Shown piece after piece: positions 18,200 to 30,300 of a stretch of DNA of 64,000 nucleotides. Numbering within the stretch: the first letter of the stretch is position 1; every line of letters begins with the position of its first letter. A program made the position numbers and the translations under genes. This DNA is from Patescibacteria group bacterium (GTDB lineage Bacteria > Patescibacteriota > Patescibacteriia > UBA1558 > UBA10009): NCBI GenBank assembly GCA_018817315.1, contig JAHITV010000018.1:12012-76011 (forward strand), given 5' to 3'. The notes under the pieces were generated by a model. It searched no databases. It saw only the letters and a list, made by a program, of their open reading frames with translations, and was not told where the DNA came from.

Positions 18200-18997
18200 A
18201 TGCCTAATGAATTTTTACCAGAAGATGATATCTTACTAAATGATAATGAAGTTCAGTCAGATTCAAAAGATAAAAATAAAAGCTTGTCCGGAAAACCCGT
18301 GGGCTTGCTGATTTTGCTTTCAGTTTTGGTAATTGTGGCTTTAATAGTAACAGCCCGTCAATGGGTGCAGAATTTAAAACTTCCTTTTTTAGTTCCTCAA
18401 ACTCAAAGAACCGACAATATCAATATTCTTACTGATAATGATTTAAGTAATTTTTTAGTTCTTCAGGCAAAGGACACTGATAATGATACTTTATCAGACT
18501 ATGATGAACTTTATTTATATTATACTTCACCTTATCTAGAAGATTCTGATTCTGATGGTTTAAATGATGCCGAAGAAATAAAAAATAATACTGATCCTAA
18601 TTGTCCTAAAGGTTCCCAATGTTCTACTGCTGTTGGTCAAACTACACCATCTTCACCGACTTCCCAGTTAAACCTGGAAAGTATAGCTCATTTAACCTCT
18701 GATCAGCTAAGATCATTGTTAATCCAACAAGGAATGTCTGCCGAAGAAGTTGATCAGCTTGATGAGGAAACGTTGCGCAGGACTTTTTTGGAAAACGTTA
18801 ATGATATTTCACCAACTGGCAGCGATTTTTCTTATTTACTTTCCGGCACTGATGTTAATTTAACCCCCGACCAATTAAGACAGCTGTTAATTGGTCAAGG
18901 GGTAAATAAAGAAGAAGTGGATAAATTATCCGATGAAGAATTATCAATTATCTGGCAGCAAGCGCTTGAACAGTTTGAACAAGATAACAACCCTTAA
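18200..18997 (+). CDS. Acidic secreted/membrane-anchored protein with Ca-binding-like DxDxDG repeats and an internal duplication
   Basis: N-terminal TM. 'DTDNDTLSDYDE', 'DSDSDGLNDAEE'. The repeats 'LTSDQLRSLLIQQGMSAEEVDQL' and 'LTPDQLRQLLIGQGVNKEEVDKL' are a duplication. The likely start is ATG 18200 rather than TTG 18191. Confidence 0.4.
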   Translation: MPNEFLPEDDILLNDNEVQSDSKDKNKSLSGKPVGLLILLSVLVIVALIVTARQWVQNLKLPFLVPQTQRTDNINILTDNDLSNFLVLQAKDTDNDTLSDYDELYLYYTSPYLEDSDSDGLNDAEEIKNNTDPNCPKGSQCSTAVGQTTPSSPTSQLNLESIAHLTSDQLRSLLIQQGMSAEEVDQLDEETLRRTFLENVNDISPTGSDFSYLLSGTDVNLTPDQLRQLLIGQGVNKEEVDKLSDEELSIIWQQALEQFEQDNNP

Positions 18998-19013
18998 GTT
19001 TTAAACTAAGTCA

Positions 19014-22000
19014 ATGATAAATTTATCTTCAAAAAGGCAAAAAATAGTTACTATTCTTTTGGCTTTTTTTATCAGTTTTTTGATTTTTAGTAACGTAGCT
19101 GTGCCAAAAATATATGCAGCTATTGATCCTGGCGCCTCTCAGCTTTTAAGTCCGCCTCCTGCGGGCATGCCCGTTGCTGACGTTGCTCTCTATTCCAGAA
19201 GTGTTTGGAAGACCATTTCGGATATGTATAATAAATATTTCCGACAGGCTATTGCCGCAGCATTTAAAACTTCTGCCAAAATTTTCTTAAGTAAAATAGC
19301 TTATGATACAGCTAATTATTTAGCTACCGGAGATGTGGGTCAAAAACCTTTGTATTATACCCAGCCCTGGAAATATTTTATCAAGGATGCTGGCGATGCA
19401 GCATTAGGAGGTTTTTTAGATGAATTAACTAAAGATTTTGGTCGTTTTAATATTTGTGAACCTTCAACTATAAATGTTAAGTTAGCCATACACACTTCCT
19501 TATTTCAAAGCAGGTATCCTATTAAACCTCGCTGTACCTTTAGCGAGATGCAGAAAAACTGGACCAAGTGGCAGCAGGAAGTCCGTCAGGAGCCAGGTAA
19601 ATTTGTCAGAGATTTAAAAGAATCCTTTAATCCCGAAGAAAATGATATAGGAATGTATTTAAGTTTGCATTCTTCTTTGTTAACTGCCCAAGAAGAAGCC
19701 AAGCTTAATGCCTGGTTAGAACGGAGTGTTAATCAGGGCATCAAAGATGTAACCTCGCCTATTACCGGAGCAATTAAAACCCCAGCATTACTATTAGGAG
19801 AGAAATTTGCCACCATGGATGAAAAGACTGGACAGGTTGAATTTACTTATACCGGGGAGATTGTTGATGCTTTTTTAGGGACCTTTACTAACACTTTAAT
19901 GTCTAAATGGATGGATACTTTGTTTAAGAAGGGCTTTAATGTGGCTGAAGAAAGTTCCAGTATTGCCGGCCTATCCAGTGTTTTAAATCAAAGTGGTTAT
20001 AATGTAGAAAGGGCTCAACAGCATTTTGCCAGTTTAGCAGAAGTAAATTTTACCAGCGGTCAGGAAAATGTTTTAAATTTATTAACTTTACCTGCTGTTT
20101 CCATTATTACTGATGCGCCTGCCGGTCCAACCAATGAAGTTATTACTGATCAATTTGCCAGTGCTGTAAGAGAGAAAATAACCTTAAAAGAAGCCATTGA
20201 TAAAGGTTTTATTGATGGGATCAAGCCGGTTGGTTTTGATAATTCAGGTGAACAGCCAAATTATAGGGATGGCTATCCTTACCGCAGTTTAGTGATTTTA
20301 CGTACCCATCGCATTGCACCAGTAGGCTGGGAACTGGCAGCCATGTATCATAAAAAATATGGTGAAACTTCCACAATTAATTTTAATTACTTAATCAATT
20401 GTTATGAGGATCCAACAGATCCAGGTAATCCCTATAAACCTTTTTCTTGCCGCGAAGATACTAATGGTAATGGCATAATCCCAGAAGCTGAAAATAACAG
20501 TAATACCCCGGGTGAAAAAGATTTTAATCCTTATTATCATTTAGTTGATCCTAACTGGGTTTTAAAATCACCAGAAACATACTGTAAACGTAAAGGCCCT
20601 GGTCCGGAAATTGTTAATGATCAAATAGAATGTTTAGCGGATAATGTGAGGGGCACAGCCAATAATCAAACAGATGCAGAGGGCAATGTTATTCAGGTCC
20701 CTATTGATGGGCCTAATTGTCAGGCTGATGTAAATCCGGATTTGCCGGTGCGCGTTGTTCAGCGAAATACTGATTATTGCGGTGATTGGCAAAGTTGTAT
20801 TTTGGAAAACGACGAAGGCAGTTGCGCTGCTTATGGTTATTGTGTAAAAGAAAAACCTATTTGGCATTTTGAGGGAGAACAATGTCCGGCTTATTATAAT
20901 TCCTGTGAAAGTTTTTCAAGCCCCAGTGGTAAACAATATTCTTTTTTAAGAAATACTCTTAAAAACTGCAATCAAAGTGAAGCGGGTTGCGCTTGGTATT
21001 CAACAGCAGCAACACCAGTTTCTGCTACTGAACTTGCTTGGTCGTCGCTGGAAAGAATTTATTTAAACGAAGAGGCACAGTCCTGCGATGGCACTAATGC
21101 CGGCTGTACTAAACTGGGAAGAATGCTACCGGGAATCAACCTGGCTTTTAATGGTAGTTTTAGTGAACCCAGTTCTAATAATTTGCCTTTGGGTTGGCAA
21201 GTAAATCCTGGTGCGCCGGCAAGCTGTAATTATATCCATGACGTTGATACTAAAGAAATGGAAATTAGCGGCAGTTTGGTAAGTGGCCAACATTGTCAAT
21301 TAGACAGTTCCGGTTTTATTCCTCTTAATCCAGAATTTACTTACTCTTTCAGTTATAAAATTAAATCTCCAACGGGAGCAACAGCTTATGTAGGATTAGT
21401 TTATTATGATGCCAATAAAGTTATATGTGGTTCAGGACATGTTGCACCTTGTAATACTCCTTATGGACATGAAATGTTTGACGGTGCTATTAATGTCACC
21501 AGTGGATACACTTATCATCAGTGGGATATTGGCCCTGAAGCCGTTTCTAATGTAGATCTTTTACCCGGAGCAAAATATGTCAAGATTTCCATTAAAGCCC
21601 CGGCAGAATCTGACAGTACAATTTTAATAGATGATATACAGTTTGCCATAGTTAAATCACCTGTTTTAAGTCATAATTTAGAAAATTTTACCATTAATCC
21701 AGAAACTTACCGTTTTGATTACAGTTTAGGGCAAGCTTTTAATTCTTATCTTAAGGTACCGCCTGATTATTTAGATTGCGAAAGCGGGAACAGCGCTTAT
21801 TGTGATAATTATGCTGATGTTTGTCTGCCAGAAGAAGTTGGTTGTCAGGGTTATACTCCTTTGGTCGGCGGTCCAGAAATTCCAGCTAAAACTTCCCCTG
21901 CGGACGTATGTCCTGCTGAATGTAATGGCTATGAGAGTTATTTGCAATTAGTTAATTATTTTGAAGAAATAGAAGATCCCGTAGCTGAACCGATTTATCA

Positions 22001-25000
22001 ATACTTTATTCCCCAGACTGCCACTGAATGCCCGTTACAGGATGTAGGCTGTGAACAGTTCACTAATCTTGACGAAGTAGCGCAAGGCGGTGAAGGGATT
22101 GAGTATTTTACTTATCTTAGGCAGTGTATTTCTGCTAACAGTGGAAACATTCAAGCTTATTTTACTTGGGAAGGATCAGATACTACCGGTTATCAATTAA
22201 AGAAATGGGAGCTCTTAAGAAGTGGTACTAATGCTCCTTGTACTAATATTATAGTAGGTACAGAACAGTGTCAGGATGCTGCTTTTGGTGCTAAAACCTG
22301 TGGGCCGGAAACACCCAGTAATCCTGATGATGATCCGGAAGTTGATCCTAACTGCCGCGATTTTATAGATGCCAGCGGTAATCATTATTTTCGTTTACAA
22401 CAATATTTAATTACTGCTTCGGGTGAATGTCATCCTTACCGCCGTACCGCTACTGGACAGATTTACAATGCTGATCCTTATGAAGGCAAAACCTGCGCTT
22501 CCAGTTCTAACAATTGCCGGGAATATAAAGGTAATATCGGCAATAATGTCCGTAATTTAATTAATGTTGATTTTGAAGACGGTACAGTTGGTAATTTCAC
22601 TAATACTAATGGTTCAACTGCTGGACTAGTAATCAGCAATGAATCAGTTTATCAGTCCGGGCATTCATTAAAGGTTGGTGTTTCTAATGACACTATTGTT
22701 TATCCTTTATCTGGACAGCTTAAAATTAATAGACAGTATAAATTATCTTTTTGGGCAAAGAAGGTGGATATTGGAGCGGGTAATAAGGCAAGTATGGTTT
22801 CTAAGAGTGATAATTCCAAATTCAGATTAGTGGATTTGTTTACCAAAAAAACCAAAGCTCAACCTATGGTTACCATCCTTAGTTTTTCGCAAATAGGCCT
22901 GACTGATGAATGGCAGCTTTATTCTTTGGGTCCGGTGGAGCTGGAAAGTGTTCAACCAGACTCTCAAATGGAATTGACAATTAACGGCTTAACTCCGGCT
23001 GAAGGATTTTATATTGATAACATCATTTTACAGGAATTCATGTCTAATTTTTATGTAATCCGTGATTCCTGGAACACACCTTTATCTTGTGATGAGCCGT
23101 TTGTGGGCGCGCAATTAGGATGTTCAGCTTATCGTGACCGGCAAAATACCATTAATTACCTTAAATCATTTGATTATATTTGTTCTCTTTCCCGCGTTGG
23201 TTGTGAAGCATTCGTTACCACTCAAAATTCTTCCTTAAGTCAGGCAGAACAGACATACTTTGCCACCTGCGATAATTATGTAGGTGAAATAGGAAGTGGT
23301 GCCTGTAGTAATCCTGCTATTCCAGGTAGCGGCAGTTGTTGTACTATCCGAGGCGTGGAAAAATGTAATGTGCCAGGCGGTCAGGATTTTTGCCAGTATG
23401 AAAATATCACTGTACCTAATGATGAACTAATATATTTGATTAATGATGCTGAAAAAACTTGCAATAGCGGTCAAAAAGGTTGTGAAATGATGGGTTCACC
23501 GACACTGGATAGAAGCAATGATTATTTCAGCGGCGGTGATTATGATGATTATTTGGATAATTATATTCAGGGTTATACCACTGCTTATATGATCAATGAT
23601 CCTGATCAATACAGTTCGCAGCTTTGCAGTGAAAGCGGTTTGTTTTGTACTACTTTAACCGGCGAGTTAACCGGCACTAATTATTATTTTGATCCTTATT
23701 CTTTAGGGACAACCGGAGATGACGGAAGTACTGTTGGTTTGACCTGTTATTATGATAGTAGTGCCGGCATCTGGAGAAAAAGTGTTGATGATCAGCCGTG
23801 CAGCGCTACAGAATTTATGTCCATGGTCGGTCAGGAAGATTATGAGGGCTGGGTAGGCTTATGCAGCTCGGCTTATTCCACTTGTACAGAATACCGCGAT
23901 CCTGAACAGCCGGCTTTTGATAAAGCCCAAGAATGCGATGCTACTATTACGCCGCAGATGCGCGGTATTTGTGGTGATGGAGATCATGATGAATCAATAG
24001 TTACGGTTAATGGCAGGAAGTATTGCCAGAAGATAATTAATGGTATTTCGCATAAAGTTTGTCAGATAAGGACTGTTGGAGGTGTGGATGTTCCGTGTCC
24101 TTATACAGAATATGATTGGATTTGTGCTGATTCAGCTATACCCCCAGGAGGTTATTTCTGTAAAGTTCCCGGAACAAGTAAAAATGCTTGTTATGTTGGG
24201 CAGGGGCAGTCTTTATGTTTTTATTCTTTAGCGTGTCAGTCTTACTATTATAAAGCAAAGTCAGTTAAAACCTGTGAAAGCGGCATTGTAGATAGAGAAG
24301 CTGGCTGTTTGCTGTTTAATGATACAAGCAATCCTAATTTAACTTTAAGCAGTAATCTAACAGCTGATGGTCAGTCGCCGCAATCGCCGGTAGCAGGTTG
24401 TAGCAGTGATTATAACAGTGCGGATAATTGTGATGCTAATACTTCTTCTCCCCTTAAAGTAAGAAGAGACCGAGAATGCGCCGAAACACTTTTCTGCACT
24501 TCTTCGGTAGAAGTGACTGATGATCAGGGCAATGCTTCCAGAATTTGTTTAGGCGTTGGTCGCTGTAAAAAAGTAGATCCAGACAATCCTTATAATTGTT
24601 TGGAAATATCTGCCAGTCCAGTTTTGGAAGAACAAACATATTCTTTTAATTTGGCTAATACTTCCGAAGGGGTAGATAGTATCCGTTATCTTTCTGGTTA
24701 TTCTAAAGCAGGGTTGATTTGGAATGATGTGAATGATAATAGAGAAGAGGATGATCTCAAGGATAAAATCATTAAAGGATATTATCCGCCTGAACAGATG
24801 TATCAGCTGGGAGATGATTTAGCAATTAATAATGGCGGCTTTGAAAACACCGGCAATACTGTTGCAGATATCTTGGACTGGTCATTTTTAACAACACCAG
24901 TAGGCAACTGCAGTTATGGTTTGGATAATAACAATCCTTACACCGGCACTTACAGTTTACGTACCCGTCTTAATCAGGACAGTAATTACTGTAATGCTAC

Positions 25001-27326
25001 TAACGGTTTATATAATATTAATCCCGGTAAAAGTTATATTTTCTCTTTTTATGCCCGTTCAGAAAATGGCGCCCAGCGCATCAGGCCAGAAGTACAGTTT
25101 TTTACTGCCAGCGGAGGTTTTATTTCTGCCGCCAGAATAGATGTGTTTCCGTCCCAGCAATGGACATATTACTCCATTATTTTAGGGCCAGACGACGTTA
25201 ATATTCCCAATAATACCCGGAAAGTTAAAATTGCTTTACTTGGTCCGCATTCTGGTGATGGTATTGATAGTAAAGGGGATATCGGTAATGTTTGGTTTGA
25301 TGAAGTGCAGTTTAAGCCAGCTTTAAAAACCGCAGAAAAACAATTGGCAGTTAAAGAGTGTCGTTTGTATCCAGAAGATGATGCTTTGGCTTGCGAATAT
25401 ACAGATTATCAAACTCATCGTGGTTGGTATGGTTATTGCTTGGAGCATGATCCTAAAAATTCTTCGGCCTGTTTGCAATGGTATCCAGTAGATAGCATTG
25501 CCGGAGCATCTTTAGTGACTTTAGGACAAAGCGCTATTGGTTATGATAATCGTTTACCTTTGTATTATTGTTTGCAAAGTGGCGGTAAATATGAAATTGG
25601 TAAAGTCAGTTCACCTAATACAGGATATCTTACCAGCGGTTACAAAATTCAGTCGCATAAAGCTTATTCGCATGAGAATTGTTCAGATTGTCCTCAATGT
25701 GATGCTGGTAATTTTCCGTCTGGTGCACCTGGCCATAATTTTTATTTCTGTGAAGATTCTCATAATTTTACTGACCCAGTAATTACACTGAATTCAGGGG
25801 ATGCTGATTATAAAAATTTTACTGTTGATGATGTTGCTAAAATTACAGTAGATGTGGTTTATCAAGGCGGTGGCTGGTTACCGCCAGGAGAACATAAATT
25901 AAGCGGTCCAAGTTCTGTTACTAATCCTTCTGGTATTCCAGCTGGAAATTATTATAAATTTGTTTATGAACATAATTATCCTCCTCCAGGTGATAATGGC
26001 ACTAACAGTTATAAGGTTGATTTATACTTTGTAGATAGTTTGAGCTCTCCTGATAATAAAAGATTAAAATATATTTATTTCTATTTTAACGATAATACCA
26101 GCGAGAGCGGCGGTGCGACTTTTGATCTTTATTATTATTTGCGTGAACCTTGTCCTTATATTGCTAAGGCAGTCAGAGGAGCTGATGAAGGAGGCAATAT
26201 CAAAGAAAAATCTTGGTATACCCGTTATAAATATGGCTGGAGCACTAGTGCTGGCAATGCCATGGGTTATAACAAAGAAATGACAGAAGATCCTTATGGC
26301 AGTTCACCTGTTTCTGGTACTAATCCAGCTGCTTGGACAGGTCAATACACGCCTTTAACTATTTACCGGGGAGATCCTAGAAATTCAGAAATTAGTGCTC
26401 ATAATTTTTCGGGTATGCCTTTTACTGTGCCGCAAAACACCACTTATCCTCAACGAGTTTGTGTAGGCGGACCTTTGGATAACCAGCCTTGTTTAGATTC
26501 TTATTTAAGCGATGACAGTGATAATGATTGTTATGAAAAAGGCTGTTCCAGTCCTCCTTGTGGCGGAGTGTGCATGGGTGTGGGCAAATACTGCTACAGT
26601 AATCAAACATTTTTAACTAACGGAGATACTTGCAATTCTAATGCAGATTGTTTTGGCGAATATCCTTTTTGCCGCGCACCTAGTTTAACCGTTAATAATG
26701 CACCGCAAGAAGGTTTGCTTCGTTTGCAGCAGTTGTATGCTGATATTTATGGTATCTGGGAATTTGACGAACAGTCTGGTAGATATGATTTGTTATGTTC
26801 AAAAAGTAATCCACTAGCATGTAGTTTAGGCGATACTAATATAGCTGATACTACTGGTACTGCTCCATATATTGGTAATATTAAACTTAATGGTCATACT
26901 GGTGACGTTGATTTAACTGCGCCTGGCGGAGTAGTAAATTTAAGCTTTACTACAGATTTGGATAATGACCACATGCCTTTGGAAAGCGTGGGTATTAACT
27001 GGATGGATGGCGGCGGTGAAGATACTTATGATGTTTCCATGAGTGAACAGCCTGCTGATTCTAATCCTCACCGTTTAGCTCATTTTTACGGCTGCGTGCC
27101 TAACAGTGAAGGAGATCATTGTGTTTTCTGCTGGGATGCCGCTACTAATAGCTGGATAGATTCGTATGATGGCAGCTGTACTTATCAAGGTCCTTGGATA
27201 ACTGTGCAGGATCATTGGGAATGGTGCCCTGATGGTTATCAGGGAGATGATTATACTTGCGATCCTAGATCAAATGGCATCCAATATTTGGGAGGCAGAA
27301 TTCATATTAATCCGCGAACTTTTTAA
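19014..27326 (+). CDS. Giant (2770 aa) cysteine-rich extracellular protein with at least three CBM4/9-like carbohydrate-binding beta-sandwich modules
   Basis: N-terminal TM/signal. More than 150 Cys. Three 'N(G)GFE...W' modules at about aa 730, 1190 and 1960 ('INNGGFENTGNTVADILDWSF'). The gene abuts the next ORF with zero spacing. Confidence 0.6.
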   Translation: MINLSSKRQKIVTILLAFFISFLIFSNVAVPKIYAAIDPGASQLLSPPPAGMPVADVALYSRSVWKTISDMYNKYFRQAIAAAFKTSAKIFLSKIAYDTANYLATGDVGQKPLYYTQPWKYFIKDAGDAALGGFLDELTKDFGRFNICEPSTINVKLAIHTSLFQSRYPIKPRCTFSEMQKNWTKWQQEVRQEPGKFVRDLKESFNPEENDIGMYLSLHSSLLTAQEEAKLNAWLERSVNQGIKDVTSPITGAIKTPALLLGEKFATMDEKTGQVEFTYTGEIVDAFLGTFTNTLMSKWMDTLFKKGFNVAEESSSIAGLSSVLNQSGYNVERAQQHFASLAEVNFTSGQENVLNLLTLPAVSIITDAPAGPTNEVITDQFASAVREKITLKEAIDKGFIDGIKPVGFDNSGEQPNYRDGYPYRSLVILRTHRIAPVGWELAAMYHKKYGETSTINFNYLINCYEDPTDPGNPYKPFSCREDTNGNGIIPEAENNSNTPGEKDFNPYYHLVDPNWVLKSPETYCKRKGPGPEIVNDQIECLADNVRGTANNQTDAEGNVIQVPIDGPNCQADVNPDLPVRVVQRNTDYCGDWQSCILENDEGSCAAYGYCVKEKPIWHFEGEQCPAYYNSCESFSSPSGKQYSFLRNTLKNCNQSEAGCAWYSTAATPVSATELAWSSLERIYLNEEAQSCDGTNAGCTKLGRMLPGINLAFNGSFSEPSSNNLPLGWQVNPGAPASCNYIHDVDTKEMEISGSLVSGQHCQLDSSGFIPLNPEFTYSFSYKIKSPTGATAYVGLVYYDANKVICGSGHVAPCNTPYGHEMFDGAINVTSGYTYHQWDIGPEAVSNVDLLPGAKYVKISIKAPAESDSTILIDDIQFAIVKSPVLSHNLENFTINPETYRFDYSLGQAFNSYLKVPPDYLDCESGNSAYCDNYADVCLPEEVGCQGYTPLVGGPEIPAKTSPADVCPAECNGYESYLQLVNYFEEIEDPVAEPIYQYFIPQTATECPLQDVGCEQFTNLDEVAQGGEGIEYFTYLRQCISANSGNIQAYFTWEGSDTTGYQLKKWELLRSGTNAPCTNIIVGTEQCQDAAFGAKTCGPETPSNPDDDPEVDPNCRDFIDASGNHYFRLQQYLITASGECHPYRRTATGQIYNADPYEGKTCASSSNNCREYKGNIGNNVRNLINVDFEDGTVGNFTNTNGSTAGLVISNESVYQSGHSLKVGVSNDTIVYPLSGQLKINRQYKLSFWAKKVDIGAGNKASMVSKSDNSKFRLVDLFTKKTKAQPMVTILSFSQIGLTDEWQLYSLGPVELESVQPDSQMELTINGLTPAEGFYIDNIILQEFMSNFYVIRDSWNTPLSCDEPFVGAQLGCSAYRDRQNTINYLKSFDYICSLSRVGCEAFVTTQNSSLSQAEQTYFATCDNYVGEIGSGACSNPAIPGSGSCCTIRGVEKCNVPGGQDFCQYENITVPNDELIYLINDAEKTCNSGQKGCEMMGSPTLDRSNDYFSGGDYDDYLDNYIQGYTTAYMINDPDQYSSQLCSESGLFCTTLTGELTGTNYYFDPYSLGTTGDDGSTVGLTCYYDSSAGIWRKSVDDQPCSATEFMSMVGQEDYEGWVGLCSSAYSTCTEYRDPEQPAFDKAQECDATITPQMRGICGDGDHDESIVTVNGRKYCQKIINGISHKVCQIRTVGGVDVPCPYTEYDWICADSAIPPGGYFCKVPGTSKNACYVGQGQSLCFYSLACQSYYYKAKSVKTCESGIVDREAGCLLFNDTSNPNLTLSSNLTADGQSPQSPVAGCSSDYNSADNCDANTSSPLKVRRDRECAETLFCTSSVEVTDDQGNASRICLGVGRCKKVDPDNPYNCLEISASPVLEEQTYSFNLANTSEGVDSIRYLSGYSKAGLIWNDVNDNREEDDLKDKIIKGYYPPEQMYQLGDDLAINNGGFENTGNTVADILDWSFLTTPVGNCSYGLDNNNPYTGTYSLRTRLNQDSNYCNATNGLYNINPGKSYIFSFYARSENGAQRIRPEVQFFTASGGFISAARIDVFPSQQWTYYSIILGPDDVNIPNNTRKVKIALLGPHSGDGIDSKGDIGNVWFDEVQFKPALKTAEKQLAVKECRLYPEDDALACEYTDYQTHRGWYGYCLEHDPKNSSACLQWYPVDSIAGASLVTLGQSAIGYDNRLPLYYCLQSGGKYEIGKVSSPNTGYLTSGYKIQSHKAYSHENCSDCPQCDAGNFPSGAPGHNFYFCEDSHNFTDPVITLNSGDADYKNFTVDDVAKITVDVVYQGGGWLPPGEHKLSGPSSVTNPSGIPAGNYYKFVYEHNYPPPGDNGTNSYKVDLYFVDSLSSPDNKRLKYIYFYFNDNTSESGGATFDLYYYLREPCPYIAKAVRGADEGGNIKEKSWYTRYKYGWSTSAGNAMGYNKEMTEDPYGSSPVSGTNPAAWTGQYTPLTIYRGDPRNSEISAHNFSGMPFTVPQNTTYPQRVCVGGPLDNQPCLDSYLSDDSDNDCYEKGCSSPPCGGVCMGVGKYCYSNQTFLTNGDTCNSNADCFGEYPFCRAPSLTVNNAPQEGLLRLQQLYADIYGIWEFDEQSGRYDLLCSKSNPLACSLGDTNIADTTGTAPYIGNIKLNGHTGDVDLTAPGGVVNLSFTTDLDNDHMPLESVGINWMDGGGEDTYDVSMSEQPADSNPHRLAHFYGCVPNSEGDHCVFCWDAATNSWIDSYDGSCTYQGPWITVQDHWEWCPDGYQGDDYTCDPRSNGIQYLGGRIHINPRTF

Positions 27327-30300
27327 ATGAATTTTTTAAAGTTACAATTAAAATTTTTGCCTAAAAAAAAGATATTTTTAATTCTGTTCAGTTTAGTAGT
27401 TATGGTAATTTTCTTGGGGTTTGCCACAAATTTTAGTTTTGCCCAAGAAACATTACCGGAAGCATATGATAAAGCTGATTTTGGGCGATTAAGTTCAGAG
27501 ATAGGATGGTTTGCGGCAATTATCGGCTCGTTTTTGTTATGGATTGTCGGTCTTTTAGCAGGAATATTGTTATGGTTAATGGATTTAGTAGTATCTATCT
27601 TTCAGTATAATGATTTTATCCATGCCCAAGCAGTGGAGATTGGCTGGCCTTTGGTAAGAGATCTTTGCAACATGTTTTTTGTGGTAATAATTTTGGTTAT
27701 TGCCTTTTCCACTATTTTGCGGATTTCCACTTACCATTACCGGAGTACTTTGCTTAAACTGGTGATTATGGCCATTCTTATTAATTTTTCCAAAACTATT
27801 TTAGGATTTGTTATTGATTTTGCCCAGGTGATTATGCTGACTTTTGTTAATGGTTTTAGGGAAGCGGCTTTACTTAATCTAGAAAAATCTTTTGGCATTA
27901 GCAGTTGGCTTAGTATAGGAGAAGTAGCTCCGAACAAAGGACTTTCCTGGGCAGCGGTTATAGGGGCTTTGTTATTGTCAGTGATTTTGGCGGTAGTGGC
28001 AATTTTTACTATGCTGGTGTATTTGGTTTTACTGTTACAACGTATTATAACTTTGTGGATTTTAGTAATTATTTCTCCTATTGCTTTTTTGGGCACTGCT
28101 TTCCCTGCTTTGGCAAAATTTACCTCCCAATTTTGGCAGAGATTTTGGCAAATGATAACTTTGGGAATAACCATGGCTTTTTTTATGTGGCTTTCTTTAA
28201 CTGTATTATCCATGGCAGGCAGTAGTAATAGAAATTTAGCAGATGAATTTGAGGCTTCAAAAAGATACGAACAAATTAGCGGAGCTAAGCCCACTTATCA
28301 AATTACGGCCAGCAAGGTAAGTGACAGCGAACAGATGTTTGTGTTTGTTGTAGCTATAGCTTTATTGTTATTGGGTTTACAGTTTGCCGGTGAAGCCAGT
28401 GGCGTAGCTGGTAAATTTGCCGGCGCTGTTAGCGGTAAACTTTCTAGTTTTGGTGCCAAAGCAGCTAAACTGCCGTTTAAAGGCGCCTGGGGTTTGGCGA
28501 AAGAAGGAACTGATTTGCTTTATGAAAAAACAGGTTGGATGGATTTGAATATGAAAAGAAACTGGGAAAAATTTCAAACAGTTATGGGAGGCAGGAAAGG
28601 TAAACAGTTGCAAAAAGGTTTACAAAAGTCCATAGAAAGAGCTAGGGAAGGCGGTTTTATTAGTTCTCGTTTAGCGGCTTTAACTGGAGGCGTAGGCGAT
28701 CATTTTGATAATTATGGTTGGTGGAAAGGTATAGGTAGATTAACACGTCCTGGTTTAATGGGACGGAGAGCTAAAGAAAGAGGAGAAGAAAAAGAAAAAG
28801 AAGCTGAAAAACCAGCAGAAGAAGCAACTACTCTTTCAAAACTTGCTAAATATGGCGGCGTCAATGAAAGTTATTTAGCTAAAGGCATGGAGGATATAGC
28901 AACGCACAGAGCATGGTTAGAAAAAGAAAGAGAGAAGATAGAATCCGAAGGAGGAGATACAACCGAGATTGAAAATAGTTTAAGACAATTGGAAAATGAA
29001 GGATATATTTTACAGGCACATTTAGTTTTAAAGGATGTGGATCTTAATGAAGCAACATCAGAAGAGGTTTATAATAAATTAGAGGAGGAAAAAAGCAAGA
29101 TTGAGACGGAGTATAAAGATAATAATTCAACAATTAAAAGAATTGATGAGCAAATTAAGGAACTTGAGGAAAAGAAAAAAGAAAAAGAAGAAAAAGGACA
29201 AGAGTGGAAAGCTATTGAGCAAGAAAAATTAGAAAATTTTCAGTCAAAAAGATTAGAACTAACACAAAGACAAGATACTTTAAATAGGACTAAAATAGGA
29301 ATAGGAACATTAGGGAATGATCCTGAGAAAATAAAAGAGGCGCTTGATAAAAAAGCTTCTAAACATGGAGATGAAAATATAAGAAGAGTAAGTGCTCGTA
29401 GAAAAGCGTTGCAGAAAGCTATAGATGAAAAGAAAATTGATCCGTCAAGTGTTGGACGAGCTAAAAAACAGCTAGTAGACATGGATGCCGAGTTAGTATT
29501 CTTGAATGAACAAAGAAAATTAAAACGTTATGTTTCAAAGGATCAAAAGGATGAATGGTCCGAACAAGCTGAAGAAAAAGATAAAAAAGCAAGAAGATTA
29601 AGAGGTAAGGCAGCTAAGATAAGACCAGTTGTTGGTTTTGAAGCGCAAAGAGCCAGGCGCGCTTTAGAAGCAGAAGAATTAAAAAAGATAGCTGATGTAG
29701 AAGAACAGTCAGAACAAAACAGTCTTTTAGAGGAAGCAATAGCCAGGAAAGATAAACCTAGAATTGCCGCTATTATGAAAAAGATGGCGGCTACTAGTAA
29801 TGATAATGAATTTTTAAATCATTTTGGTTATGACTCTGGCTTTAATGGTTTTAAGGAATTTTTTGAAAAAGAAATAAAAGACAGAGCTGGTTTTAGTGAA
29901 CAGGAAATGTTGGCTACAGCTAATGACATTGCTTATATTAATGAGTCAGTAAAACACTGGAACACTGCCAGAATGTGCGCTATGGATAAGGGTAAATGGC
30001 GTTGGCATACTGAACCAGAGCATGTAATGAATGCCGGTACAGAAACCAGTAAACTTACAGAAAGGCAAGTAGTGACTTTTAATCGTTTAGGTTTTGGCGG
30101 AGAAGACCCCAGAACTGGCAAATATAAAATGGATGGGTTAGGCAAATTTATGGTAAGAACACATGGTTCGGCCTGGCTTGATAATCCCCGTTTAATTTTG
30201 GAGCAGGCTAATAGCAGCATGGTGCAAAAGTTGTTGGAATCAGAGCATAATTACGGGCAACTTACTCAAGCTTTGGCAGGTATGATGTATAAGGTTAAAA

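Noticed and set aside
20634-26610. Several 60-95-aa ORFs inside or antisense to the giant 2770-aa gene
   Set aside because: They are embedded in a continuous 8.3-kb reading frame and are typical antisense noise.
27737-28294. 185-aa ORF on the - strand inside the VirB6-like gene
   Set aside because: It is antisense to a strongly supported long ORF and has no motifs.
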